A stretch of DNA of 42,894 bases. Source: a virus (Duplodnaviria > Caudoviricetes). Numbering within the stretch: position 1 is the stretch's first letter; each line of letters opens with the position of its first letter. The stretch is from positions 1-42,894 of the IMG/VR virus record IMGVR_UViG_3300030372_002956; one strand, written 5' to 3'. Below the pieces are notes generated by a model that saw only the letters and a program-made list of their open reading frames with translations, searched no databases and had not been told where the DNA came from. Positions 1 to 8,140 of the stretch are shown piece by piece. Both the position numbers and the translations under genes were made by a program.

Positions 1-465
1 CATCCTGAACTTGTTCAAGATGAATATTTTAGACCACACGATACTGCTGTTATAGAAATACCACAATCAGCACCTAAGGGTTCTATATTAAGAACCGAAT
101 CCGCTTTTGACTTATTAAAACGTGTTAAGCGTGTAGCAGAAGAATGGGTTAAGTCAGGCCACAGAGCTGGCTCTAATACTCATAACGTTTCAGCGACAAT
201 AAGTTTAAAAGAAAAAGACTGGGCTAAAGCTGGTGAGTGGATGTGGGAAAACAGAGATTGTTACAACGGTCTATCTGTCCTACCTTATGATGGTGGGACC
301 TATACTCAAGCTCCTTTTGAAGATATAACTAAAAAGGAATTTGATAAGTTGATTTCAAAATTACAAAATATAAATTTAGAAAATGTAATTGAAGAAGTTG
401 ACAATACAGATCTATCAGGTGAGTTGGCTTGTGCCGGTGGGTCTTGTGAAATAGCAAGCCTATAA
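1..465 (+). CDS. nrdJ: Class II (B12-dependent, monomeric RTPR-type) ribonucleotide reductase, C-terminal part; 5' end outside window
   Basis: Frame is open from base 1 (HPELVQDEYFRPHDTAVIEIP...HNVSATI...GLSVLPY...YTQAPFEDI) and ends in the C-terminal redox Cys pair ELACAGGSCEI. The ORF-track start at 241 is internal. Confidence 0.88.
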   Translation, partial: HPELVQDEYFRPHDTAVIEIPQSAPKGSILRTESAFDLLKRVKRVAEEWVKSGHRAGSNTHNVSATISLKEKDWAKAGEWMWENRDCYNGLSVLPYDGGTYTQAPFEDITKKEFDKLISKLQNINLENVIEEVDNTDLSGELACAGGSCEIASL

Positions 466-479
466 CTAAAACAATTATT

Positions 480-899
480 ATGAACAAATTATTTTTAACA
501 ATGATGTTAGCTTTAATTACTACTTTTGCATCAGCGCAATTTGTAGCGTTAACAACTGTTACTGAAGTTGAAGAAGAATATAACTTTACCGATAAAATCG
601 GTATGGGCTATATGTTAAATGATTGTATTACCGTTGGTGTTACAATGGATGGTGAAGATAAATATGAAATTTTCGGCCGTTACGTAATGCATAGCTCTGG
701 GGTTTGGGCTACAGGTATATATGATTATGAAAAAGATTCTGACACTGAAATGACAGATAAGTTAAGTTTAGGAATTGGATATTCTTATAATGTATGGAAA
801 AATCTATATATTGACCCTTACTATACAATGCCTTTAAAAGAGGATAGTAATGGTAAAAGAGAAGGTTCTATAAACCTAGGTTTATCTTACAAATTTTAA
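480..899 (+). CDS. Small outer-membrane beta-barrel protein (probably 8-stranded)
   Basis: Sec signal peptide MNKLFLTMMLALITTFASA|Q, alternating amphipathic strands (IGMGYML, LSLGIGYSY, LYIDPYYT) and a C-terminal beta-signal NLGLSYKF. Confidence 0.8.
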   Translation: MNKLFLTMMLALITTFASAQFVALTTVTEVEEEYNFTDKIGMGYMLNDCITVGVTMDGEDKYEIFGRYVMHSSGVWATGIYDYEKDSDTEMTDKLSLGIGYSYNVWKNLYIDPYYTMPLKEDSNGKREGSINLGLSYKF

Positions 900-924
900 A
901 AAGTATTAATTAAAAACTAAAAAA

Positions 925-1149
925 ATGGAAAAAGTAATAAATTATTTAACAGGATTCTTTGGTGGATTGATGGCAGTAATGATGTCAATTTTACCAGTGA
1001 CAATATTATGGTACGTATTAACAGGTGGAGATGTTTGGGGAATGGATGTGATTACAAACTTAACAGCTCTAATCAACATGTTTGGAACTGGCGGATTTAC
1101 CGGGTTAGTAGTATTAGTAATGTTAGCGGGATTTTTTGTTAAGAAGTAA
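925..1149 (+). CDS. Small Gly-rich inner-membrane protein (about 2 TM helices)
   Basis: 74 aa, two long hydrophobic stretches, basic KK end, A-rich leader before ATG. Confidence 0.8.
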   Translation: MEKVINYLTGFFGGLMAVMMSILPVTILWYVLTGGDVWGMDVITNLTALINMFGTGGFTGLVVLVMLAGFFVKK

Positions 1150-1181
1150 ATCAAATTGTATAACTTAAATTAAATTAAATT

Positions 1182-1376
1182 ATGAGTTTTAATCCAATAG
1201 ACAGTTTATTCGATAGACTACAAGACGCGATTAACGATTGTCAAACTGATGTTACTAAATTTGTAGATGGGAATAACTCTGCAGGAACGCGAGTTAGGAA
1301 AGCTATGCAGGCGGTAAAATCATTAGCACAAGAAGTTAGAGTTGAAGTTCAAGATCAAAAGAATAAACAATTTTAA
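1182..1376 (+). CDS. Histone H1-like (Hc1 family) small helical protein
   Basis: DVTKFVDGNNSAGTRVRKAMQAVKSLAQEVRVEVQDQKN matches the KF-x2-GN-x-AGTR-x-RK-x-MQ pattern of Bacteroidota 'histone H1' proteins. Confidence 0.8.
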   Translation: MSFNPIDSLFDRLQDAINDCQTDVTKFVDGNNSAGTRVRKAMQAVKSLAQEVRVEVQDQKNKQF

Positions 1377-1404
1377 TAGTACAATTACTAGTATACAAGT
1401 AATT

Positions 1405-1435
1405 AAAAAAGGGAGCTTAACGGCTCCCTTTTTTT
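1405..1435. terminator. Bidirectional intrinsic terminator
   Basis: AAAAAA-GGGAGCT-taac-GGCTCCC-TTTTTTT, located where the + and - strand operons converge. Confidence 0.92.
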
Positions 1436-1511
1436 ATACTGCTATCGTGAAGATAGTGATCATTAGTACTATATATATGATAGGACTAATATCTATTTTT
1501 TTTGTTTCCAT
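1434..1511 (-). CDS. 25-aa single-pass membrane peptide (not in ORF track)
   Basis: Manual translation METKKIDISPIIYIVLMITIFTIAV*; A/T-rich leader; stop codon abuts the terminator. Confidence 0.55.
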   Translation of the reverse strand: METKKIDISPIIYIVLMITIFTIAV

Positions 1512-1567
1512 ATATTTATTATCACTAACAAATATATTATATTAATAACTAGCGTGTTAAGTAATTG

Positions 1568-2023
1568 TTAAATTACCATGTATTTAGTTTTACCATTTTC
1601 ACGATAAGCTTTTAAACATCTATTTCTATTATCATCTTCAGATATGTAACTAACATGAACCCAATCAGGATTATCATCATCTCCAAACTCCCATATCATT
1701 TGATCAAAGTTTAAATTTTCTTTTATCCAATGATACATTTCAGCGTTAGTAGCTTTTCCAAAAGTGTCATCAAGGTCTATGGCTTGCCCATGACAATGTT
1801 GAGATCTACCACTACCACCTATAGCTTTGTTAAGTTCTGGACATCTAAAAAAACTATTTATTTTTATAGGTCCACCAACCCACTCTCTAAGTGGTTCAAA
1901 TACTTTTTCTGCAATTAATTCCATATTATCTAATTGCTCATCATTAGGAGTATTATTAATGCCTCTTCTTATTGCAGTGTTGCTATACACACCTTCTTTA
2001 TATGAAATATGTTTACTTATCAT
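1568..2023 (-). CDS. Endolysin, peptidase M15A (Zn D-Ala-D-Ala carboxypeptidase-like)
   Basis: INSFFRCPELNKAIGGSGRSQHCHGQAID...WVHVSY carries the M15 R / SxH-x6-D / H Zn-site motifs. Confidence 0.92.
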   Translation of the reverse strand: MISKHISYKEGVYSNTAIRRGINNTPNDEQLDNMELIAEKVFEPLREWVGGPIKINSFFRCPELNKAIGGSGRSQHCHGQAIDLDDTFGKATNAEMYHWIKENLNFDQMIWEFGDDDNPDWVHVSYISEDDNRNRCLKAYRENGKTKYMVI

Positions 2024-2034
2024 CTTATTAAAAA

Positions 2035-2460
2035 TTAATTAGTATATGCCGCCGTCACTGATATTGTACCACATGCTGATATTCCAGAACCTGACAAATA
2101 TTCGGTTCCACCAGAATCATCATTAGCCACTACTATAACAGACGGAAGATTAGGATTATTTATAGCATCTATTATAGCTCTCATAGCTGCCAAATGGGTG
2201 TTTGCAGATATAGTTACTATAACGCTATCATTATTATCTAAATTAGCCAACGAGTCAGCCGCTCCTTCATTTCCAGATCCCCTAAGCATACTTTTAAAAT
2301 ACAACGTTAAAGCAGTATCAGAAGTTGGTTGCATACCCATTAAGGATGAAGCTGGGAATAAAGCAGAATCACCACTAGCGTCATCATTAGCGTCAGTAGC
2401 TTCTGTTCTAAAATATAAATATTTTTGCTCGTTATTATTTATTTGTCCTATCCAAGTCAT
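2035..2460 (-). CDS. Hypothetical, probable virion structural protein
   Basis: 141 aa, Ala/Ser/Asp-rich beta-type sequence in the late operon. Confidence 0.55.
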   Translation of the reverse strand: MTWIGQINNNEQKYLYFRTEATDANDDASGDSALFPASSLMGMQPTSDTALTLYFKSMLRGSGNEGAADSLANLDNNDSVIVTISANTHLAAMRAIIDAINNPNLPSVIVVANDDSGGTEYLSGSGISACGTISVTAAYTN

Positions 2461-2461
2461 A

Positions 2462-2767
2462 TTACATTATATTTACATCTACAGCTGGTGTTTCAGATGC
2501 AGATTTAGTTAATTTAATATATAATCCAAAACTATTTTCACCATCATTTTCAAAAGACAAATTATTATGTACTAATGTTGATCCAATAGGTAAATTTACA
2601 CCTTTTAAAAAGTAAAACGTACCACTGCAAGAGTAGATAAATAAATCTACAGTACATGCATTTGTACTATGTACATTAGTTAATGATATTGATGAAACTA
2701 TATTTTTACTATTAGATGGAACTAGCTCTTGAGATGTTTCACCAGTTATATTATAGTGTAAAGCCAT
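2462..2767 (-). CDS. Small beta-sandwich virion protein
   Basis: SISLTNVHSTNACTVDLFI...LKGVNLPIGSTL pattern resembles small tail/collar proteins of aquatic phages. Confidence 0.55.
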   Translation of the reverse strand: MALHYNITGETSQELVPSNSKNIVSSISLTNVHSTNACTVDLFIYSCSGTFYFLKGVNLPIGSTLVHNNLSFENDGENSFGLYIKLTKSASETPAVDVNIM

Positions 2768-2768
2768 T

Positions 2769-3191
2769 TTATCCCTCGTAGAACATCACCCATTCTAATA
2801 CCACAGCGTTGTCATCTTGGGCTTGAACTTCTATATCTTCACCATCAGACGCCACTATAGGCATCATTAACCAATCTCCACCATATAAAAGACCTATTTC
2901 TACAGAATTAACAAAAACCTTAACATATTTAGTTTTGTCTATTTCACCGTTATGTCCTATATTTTTAATAAAGATTTTATGTGATAAATTTGTTGTATCT
3001 TCACCTACTATTAAATTAGCCATAGTAACTAAATCTACCTTACTAGCTGTTGCTAATTTTCTCCTTGAGTAACCTGTAGTTTCTTTTACATCAATAGTTG
3101 TTCCAGCTTCTGTTAACGTCATAGTTTTACTATAACTACCATATCCAGGTATTATATCAGAAGATATTGTTATTGCTGCTGTTGTTGCCAT
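2769..3191 (-). CDS. Structural protein, MATT/GDW paralog 3
   Basis: MATTAAITISSD start and IGLLYGGDWLMMP motif shared with the two upstream genes. Confidence 0.65.
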   Translation of the reverse strand: MATTAAITISSDIIPGYGSYSKTMTLTEAGTTIDVKETTGYSRRKLATASKVDLVTMANLIVGEDTTNLSHKIFIKNIGHNGEIDKTKYVKVFVNSVEIGLLYGGDWLMMPIVASDGEDIEVQAQDDNAVVLEWVMFYEG

Positions 3192-3216
3192 ATTATTATT
3201 ATTTATTCGTTAATTA

Positions 3217-3639
3217 TTAATCAGCTTGTGTTGTTAATGTTTCTCCTTCATGGAAGCACATCCAAGTGATAGTATTTGTTCCATTAGTCGCGGTTATTTC
3301 TAAATCATGAGTAGCGTCATCTTGATTCCAAGGAATGAACATCCAATCTCCTGCGTATAATCTACCAATAGTCTTTGCGTCTATAACGATAGTTACATAA
3401 TATGTTTCATCAGTTGAATCGTTTGCTATCATAACTTTAGCTGCTTTATCTGCCCCTGCAGCTGTAGCGTCTAAAAGATCAAAACTTGTTCCGGTGGGTA
3501 TTAAATTATACCCCATTCTTGCTTGATCCAAACCATCAGCTGTTGTACCTGCCTTCATACAAGTAGTATTAGCTGTAGCGGATAAAGCTCCTGTCAATAA
3601 ATCGCTAGAAAGCGTCATTGATGCTGTTGTTGTTGCCAT
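3217..3639 (-). CDS. Structural protein, MATT/GDW paralog 2
   Basis: MATTTASMTLSSD start; IGRLYAGDWMFIPW. Confidence 0.65.
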   Translation of the reverse strand: MATTTASMTLSSDLLTGALSATANTTCMKAGTTADGLDQARMGYNLIPTGTSFDLLDATAAGADKAAKVMIANDSTDETYYVTIVIDAKTIGRLYAGDWMFIPWNQDDATHDLEITATNGTNTITWMCFHEGETLTTQAD

Positions 3640-3663
3640 AGTTTATTATTTATTTATTATTGT

Positions 3664-4422
3664 TTATTCATAAAATAACATAGACTCTAATGTCATTTCT
3701 GTATGAACACTAGGTTTTATGTATATGTCTGATACAGATCTTGTTCCCTCTACTGTTGTTGATATAGTTAAATCACCATCACCAGTTGTATTATATTGTA
3801 TTTCACCAGATGCTTCACCAGCGTCTACTTCTATATAATCACCAGCATATCTAGCTACAAATGTAACTGTTGCTGAAGAAACAGATGTTACCCAATTAGG
3901 AAACTGAGCGTTATCTATTTGAGCTGCTATATTAGCTACTGTTGAATTAGCAGCTACAACTGTAACACCATCAAATACTATTGTATCTCCAGCCGCCCAA
4001 GTATTACCAACCACACAAGTAAATGTTTCTTTAGTACCACCTGTAGCGTTCCAAGGAAAAAAAGCCCAATCACCAGCATATATTCTACCCATCTCTGTTA
4101 AACTAGTATCCCCAGAGCCATGAGCACCAGTAGCCCTATCACCAGTTAAATAAACTGTAAAATATTCTGCTGCTGTTGTTGATGTGTTTTTTAAGTATAA
4201 TTTATTAGCTCCGTTTGTAGTATAATCATCTCCTCTGTAAAGAACAACCGTGTCTATTTCACCAGAACCACCAAATGTTGTTGATTTTCTAGCTAAACCA
4301 GTTGTTTGCGTAACACCAGTAGACCCACCAGCTTTAGTTAGCGTAGCTGAAGTTGATAAGGCTAAAACATCTGTAAGTAGATCAGAACTTTCTAACGTTA
4401 TTGTTGCTGTAGTTGTTGCCAT
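3664..4422 (-). CDS. Structural protein, MATT/GDW paralog 1, with an inserted domain
   Basis: MATTTATITLESSD start; MGRIYAGDWAFFPW; about 100 extra aa before the shared C-terminal strands. Confidence 0.65.
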   Translation of the reverse strand: MATTTATITLESSDLLTDVLALSTSATLTKAGGSTGVTQTTGLARKSTTFGGSGEIDTVVLYRGDDYTTNGANKLYLKNTSTTAAEYFTVYLTGDRATGAHGSGDTSLTEMGRIYAGDWAFFPWNATGGTKETFTCVVGNTWAAGDTIVFDGVTVVAANSTVANIAAQIDNAQFPNWVTSVSSATVTFVARYAGDYIEVDAGEASGEIQYNTTGDGDLTISTTVEGTRSVSDIYIKPSVHTEMTLESMLFYE

Positions 4423-4426
4423 GTTA

Positions 4427-7303
4427 TTATTTTTTTATTATTCTTTTATTTATTGTTTTATTTTTATATGTTATTTGTAACATATACATCCCAGAACGCA
4501 ATTTCGTTACATCTAAGACGTTTATATTTTGTTTGGATATAATCATATCCCCGATATAATTAAATACGTTTATATCAACGGTTTGATTTATATTAATTTT
4601 ATCACTAGTTGGGTTTGGATATAAAACCAAAGCTTCTTCTAATGTTATTCTAGCTGGTATTGGACCGCTCCAAGAGCTATCACAATAATTATAAGTTAAT
4701 TGACATATACTGTCCCATTCTGTTGTACAACAATATTCATCAATATCTATAACCCAAGCATAGCAAGGATCATTTAACCAATAAGGTGTTCCTGACCCAG
4801 TAATACAACCAGCATCATATAAGCAAGAACTACTATCATTAACATTAGCAAGTCCCGAATAGTTGAACGCTGATGGGTCCATACATCCTGTAACCACTTC
4901 AATACACGAACCGTTGTCAGTATTAGCTGTTGAATCATAGTTAAGAGCAGTACTATCCATACAGCCATAAATATAAGGAATGCAACTAAAATCTTCTGTA
5001 TTAGCTTGTGAGTTATAGTTAAGCATAGAAGGATCAGTGCAGCCGTAAATATAAGGTATACAATTTCCATTATCTGTGTTTGCTAGTGGGTCGTAATTAA
5101 ACATTACACTATCTGTACATCCGTATACAAAAGGAATACAGGACCCGTTATCTGTATTCGCACTAGGGTTATAATTCCACATTGAAGCATCCATACAACC
5201 AAATATATAAGGAACACAAGAACTATCATCTACATTTGCGCTAGGCATGTAATTCCACATTGTAGAATCCGTACACCCATACATCACGCCTTCACAAGTA
5301 CCATCGTCTGTATTAGCTAAACTATCATAATTAAAAGCTATTGGTGTAGTACAACCATATATTACTGGTATACAAGTATCAGGTGTATTAGCGTTTACAT
5401 TATAATTAAAAGCTAAAGAATTCATACAACCTAATATAATAGGTATACAGCCACCGTTGTCTACATTTGCTAATGGATCATAATTAAAAGCTGTAGAATC
5501 CGTACAGCCAAATACAGCTAAATCAACACAGGAACCATTGTCAATATCAGCAACAAAACCTTGTGTATAATATTGTAAGTAACCAGGGTTTGTGCAACCA
5601 GGACTATAATAACATGTATCTGCTGTATTTGCAGTATCACTGTAATTATAAGCTAAAGAATCTAAACAACCATAAACAACGTCTATACATTCATTACCAC
5701 AATATGGTAAAGCAGAATAAATATCTTCTGGATTTCTAAAGTTTCTTAATTTATTTTCATTTGGACCAGGCCAAGGATTATTACCTTCATAAAGTATTTC
5801 ACCGTAAGCATTTTCTAGTTTAAATGAATTTTGTATTGTTTGTATATCTAACTGTTGTGCGTTTTGTTGTGGGGTTGGTACTTCAAAATAATATATATAA
5901 ACTTCTTCGTGGGGATCTAATGATAAATTAAATGTATCAGAATAAACTCCATTTGAATCTATTTTAAATTGCCATAAATAACCACCTTGTCTTACACCTA
6001 ACCAACAATTACCCCAAGAATCTCCACCAGCATCATATAATATTAAATCATATATACAAGGTGAAGTTAATTCCATTCTATGAGCAGCTGGATCATAGTT
6101 AAAAGCATTTGAATCAGTACATCCATATAAAGCTATAACATTACAACTACCATCATCGATAGTAGCTAACTCATTATATTCTATATAATCATCATCAGTA
6201 CACCCATATACAGGTGTATTACTATCACAAGTGTCAGCAACATAAGGATTTGAAGAAGCGCTATAACCAAAGTTAGGTGGATTTAAATTAAAGATAGTAT
6301 CAAAGCAATCTAAGTTAGTTACTAAACAACTACCAACTACAGAACCACCACCAATACCATCTCCATAAGTGTCATTAATAGTAAACATTATTGTATCACC
6401 AATTGGTACACATACTTCAGTAAATACAGTTTGTCCAACTTGAGTATAATCATATGTACCAGCTGAAACAGTTCTTATTATAGTTCCATTAGCTTTAATC
6501 TCCCAAGAAGTTTCACTTGGCCAATTATCTAATAATATTGCAACCTCTATTAATGATTGACCTGGATTACAATTAACTTCCATTACGCAACTACCATCAT
6601 CAACATTTGCCCATGGATTATAGTTTTCTGCTAGTGGGTTCATGCAGCCATTAATATAAATACAACCTATGTTAATCGTTGCTAAAGAATCATAATTAGG
6701 AGATATAGAGTCCATACAACCAGGTACTATAGCGTATGGATCACTTATCATTATATCATCAATACATATATCACTAGTAAAACTAGTACCTGTATTACCT
6801 ACAAAAGCTATTTTAAAATCGTGTTGTAAGTTTAAGCTATCTAATGAATAATAACCAAGTTTCCAATCCATGCCTTGATCTCCATTGTAAGCGTCTATAA
6901 ATATATAATTACCCATTACATCTATAGCGGCTATTTCTAATTCACCCATTGCTGGTCCAAACATATGGTACCAGAAAGATAACACTTTACCATACGTGGC
7001 TGAAACATCAAATGTTGGTGTATATGTTATAAGTTGTTTACTAGGATAATTAGGATGTGATGATTCTACATAAAAATAAACACCGTTACCCGTGGTATGA
7101 TCTCCTTGAGGACCAGTGTTAAACGAAGGTGTACCACCTGTTCTTAATAACCAATCCCCATCATCGTTTAAATCCTGTTCTAACGGAATGTTATTATCAA
7201 AATTATGTATCCAAGGAAAATTATTTATTTGTGAGCAACATTTTTTAGGAGCAGCACAAGAAACTATTATTAATAAAACTAATATATATAATATTTTTTT
7301 CAT
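4427..7303 (-). CDS. Secreted MAM-domain / GCxD-repeat protein with T9SS type-A C-terminal sorting domain
   Basis: ATG at 7303 (TAATG overlap) gives signal peptide MKKILYILVLLIIVSC. MAM motifs TPSFNTGPQGDHTTGNG, LSFWYHMFG, DICIDDI; about 15 GCxD repeats; C-terminus LYPNPT...GMYMLQI...KRIIKK. Confidence 0.85.
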   Translation of the reverse strand: MKKILYILVLLIIVSCAAPKKCCSQINNFPWIHNFDNNIPLEQDLNDDGDWLLRTGGTPSFNTGPQGDHTTGNGVYFYVESSHPNYPSKQLITYTPTFDVSATYGKVLSFWYHMFGPAMGELEIAAIDVMGNYIFIDAYNGDQGMDWKLGYYSLDSLNLQHDFKIAFVGNTGTSFTSDICIDDIMISDPYAIVPGCMDSISPNYDSLATINIGCIYINGCMNPLAENYNPWANVDDGSCVMEVNCNPGQSLIEVAILLDNWPSETSWEIKANGTIIRTVSAGTYDYTQVGQTVFTEVCVPIGDTIMFTINDTYGDGIGGGSVVGSCLVTNLDCFDTIFNLNPPNFGYSASSNPYVADTCDSNTPVYGCTDDDYIEYNELATIDDGSCNVIALYGCTDSNAFNYDPAAHRMELTSPCIYDLILYDAGGDSWGNCWLGVRQGGYLWQFKIDSNGVYSDTFNLSLDPHEEVYIYYFEVPTPQQNAQQLDIQTIQNSFKLENAYGEILYEGNNPWPGPNENKLRNFRNPEDIYSALPYCGNECIDVVYGCLDSLAYNYSDTANTADTCYYSPGCTNPGYLQYYTQGFVADIDNGSCVDLAVFGCTDSTAFNYDPLANVDNGGCIPIILGCMNSLAFNYNVNANTPDTCIPVIYGCTTPIAFNYDSLANTDDGTCEGVMYGCTDSTMWNYMPSANVDDSSCVPYIFGCMDASMWNYNPSANTDNGSCIPFVYGCTDSVMFNYDPLANTDNGNCIPYIYGCTDPSMLNYNSQANTEDFSCIPYIYGCMDSTALNYDSTANTDNGSCIEVVTGCMDPSAFNYSGLANVNDSSSCLYDAGCITGSGTPYWLNDPCYAWVIDIDEYCCTTEWDSICQLTYNYCDSSWSGPIPARITLEEALVLYPNPTSDKININQTVDINVFNYIGDMIISKQNINVLDVTKLRSGMYMLQITYKNKTINKRIIKK
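4820..5680 (-). repeat. Tandem ~26-aa GC(T/M)D-x2-A-x-NY-x3-AN-x-DDGSC protein repeats
   Basis: Eleven consecutive units read in the translation, plus four more further N-terminal. Confidence 0.9.
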
Positions 7304-7416
7304 TACGCTTTGCAACAATTATCTCCTGCTTCACATACATCAGGTTTTATACACCATTCAAAACAAACTAATCCAAAAGATATAGCTTTTATCCATTTAC
7401 ATATTTTTTCTTTCAT
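7303..7416 (-). CDS. 37-aa Cys-rich peptide (not in ORF track)
   Basis: MKEKICKWIKAISFGLVCFEWCIKPDVCEAGDNCCKA*; fills the gap exactly; its TAA overlaps the next ATG. Confidence 0.7.
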   Translation of the reverse strand: MKEKICKWIKAISFGLVCFEWCIKPDVCEAGDNCCKA

Positions 7417-7420
7417 ATTT

Positions 7421-7789
7421 TTATCTTTTACCACCATGATACTCTACAGCATGGCCTTCTTTTATTAATAATTCATTTATATTTTCCATCGTCAATTTTT
7501 CCTGCCCATCAACAACGTCGATGTGTAGTTCACCTAAGCATCTTCCGTATTTTCCAACACCATGAGATTTTAATTGTATTTCGTTAGCGCCTTCTAATAA
7601 TTGTTTAAGTCTATCTTTAGCAGCTAAACCTCTAGCTTTTTCTTCTAAATCTCTTGTTCTTGATTCTGGAGTATTAATCCCCATAAATCTAATTCTTTTT
7701 TTAATAGATACATCAAAACCTAAATCAATATGAGCATCAATAGTGTCACCATCAATAACTCTATCTAGTTTTATTTTATAAGTGTACAT
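7421..7789 (-). CDS. Thermonuclease (SNase-like) family nuclease
   Basis: RVIDGDTID, IRFMGINTPES and GKYGRCLG SNase motifs; no signal peptide. Confidence 0.9.
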   Translation of the reverse strand: MYTYKIKLDRVIDGDTIDAHIDLGFDVSIKKRIRFMGINTPESRTRDLEEKARGLAAKDRLKQLLEGANEIQLKSHGVGKYGRCLGELHIDVVDGQEKLTMENINELLIKEGHAVEYHGGKR

Positions 7790-8004
7790 TATTTTTTAGG
7801 CACACAATTAGGTACTTGTCTTCCACCTTTGTCTTTCATACCAATCATTTCATAACCTTCCCAACAAGGTCCTTTTTTTTGTAATGGTGAGGCTTCTATT
7901 TTTTGCTTTAAATGCTCTGGTAATTTATGTTGATTACCTATAAGTTTTTTCATTAATGGTGATTTACCATACATTTTAAACCCACTTGATTTTTTATATC
8001 CCAT
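7789..8004 (-). CDS. Small basic protein with CWxGY...VPNCVP motif
   Basis: 71 aa, Lys-rich, TAATG coupling at both ends. Confidence 0.75.
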   Translation of the reverse strand: MGYKKSSGFKMYGKSPLMKKLIGNQHKLPEHLKQKIEASPLQKKGPCWEGYEMIGMKDKGGRQVPNCVPKK

Positions 8005-8129
8005 TATTTTTTATTTTTATTTTTAGAAACTTTTTTTATTATTTTTTCAATTTTAGCAGCTTGTTGCGCGTGCATCTTTGAAGCGCCTTTAAGTTGTTTT
8101 ACAACTTCTTTCATTTGTTTTATATCCAT
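8004..8129 (-). CDS. 41-aa basic helical peptide (not in ORF track)
   Basis: MDIKQMKEVVKQLKGASKMHAQQAAKIEKIIKKVSKNKNKK*; TAATG overlap with the next gene. Confidence 0.7.
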   Translation of the reverse strand: MDIKQMKEVVKQLKGASKMHAQQAAKIEKIIKKVSKNKNKK

Positions 8130-8140
8130 GTTTATATGTT

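Noticed and set aside
1342-1545. 67-aa + strand ORF in the track
   Set aside because: It overlaps the Hc1-like gene, runs through the strong terminator and is antisense to the more plausible 25-aa ORF.
4820-5680. Periodic ~78-nt DNA pattern as a CRISPR array or DGR template/variable repeat
   Set aside because: These are in-frame degenerate protein repeats varying at synonymous positions; no unique spacers, no adenine-specific variation, and no RT or cas genes in the window.
7304-7318. TTG start at 7318 for the 963-aa ORF
   Set aside because: ATG at 7303 gives a canonical MKK signal peptide and a TAATG overlap with the upstream peptide gene.
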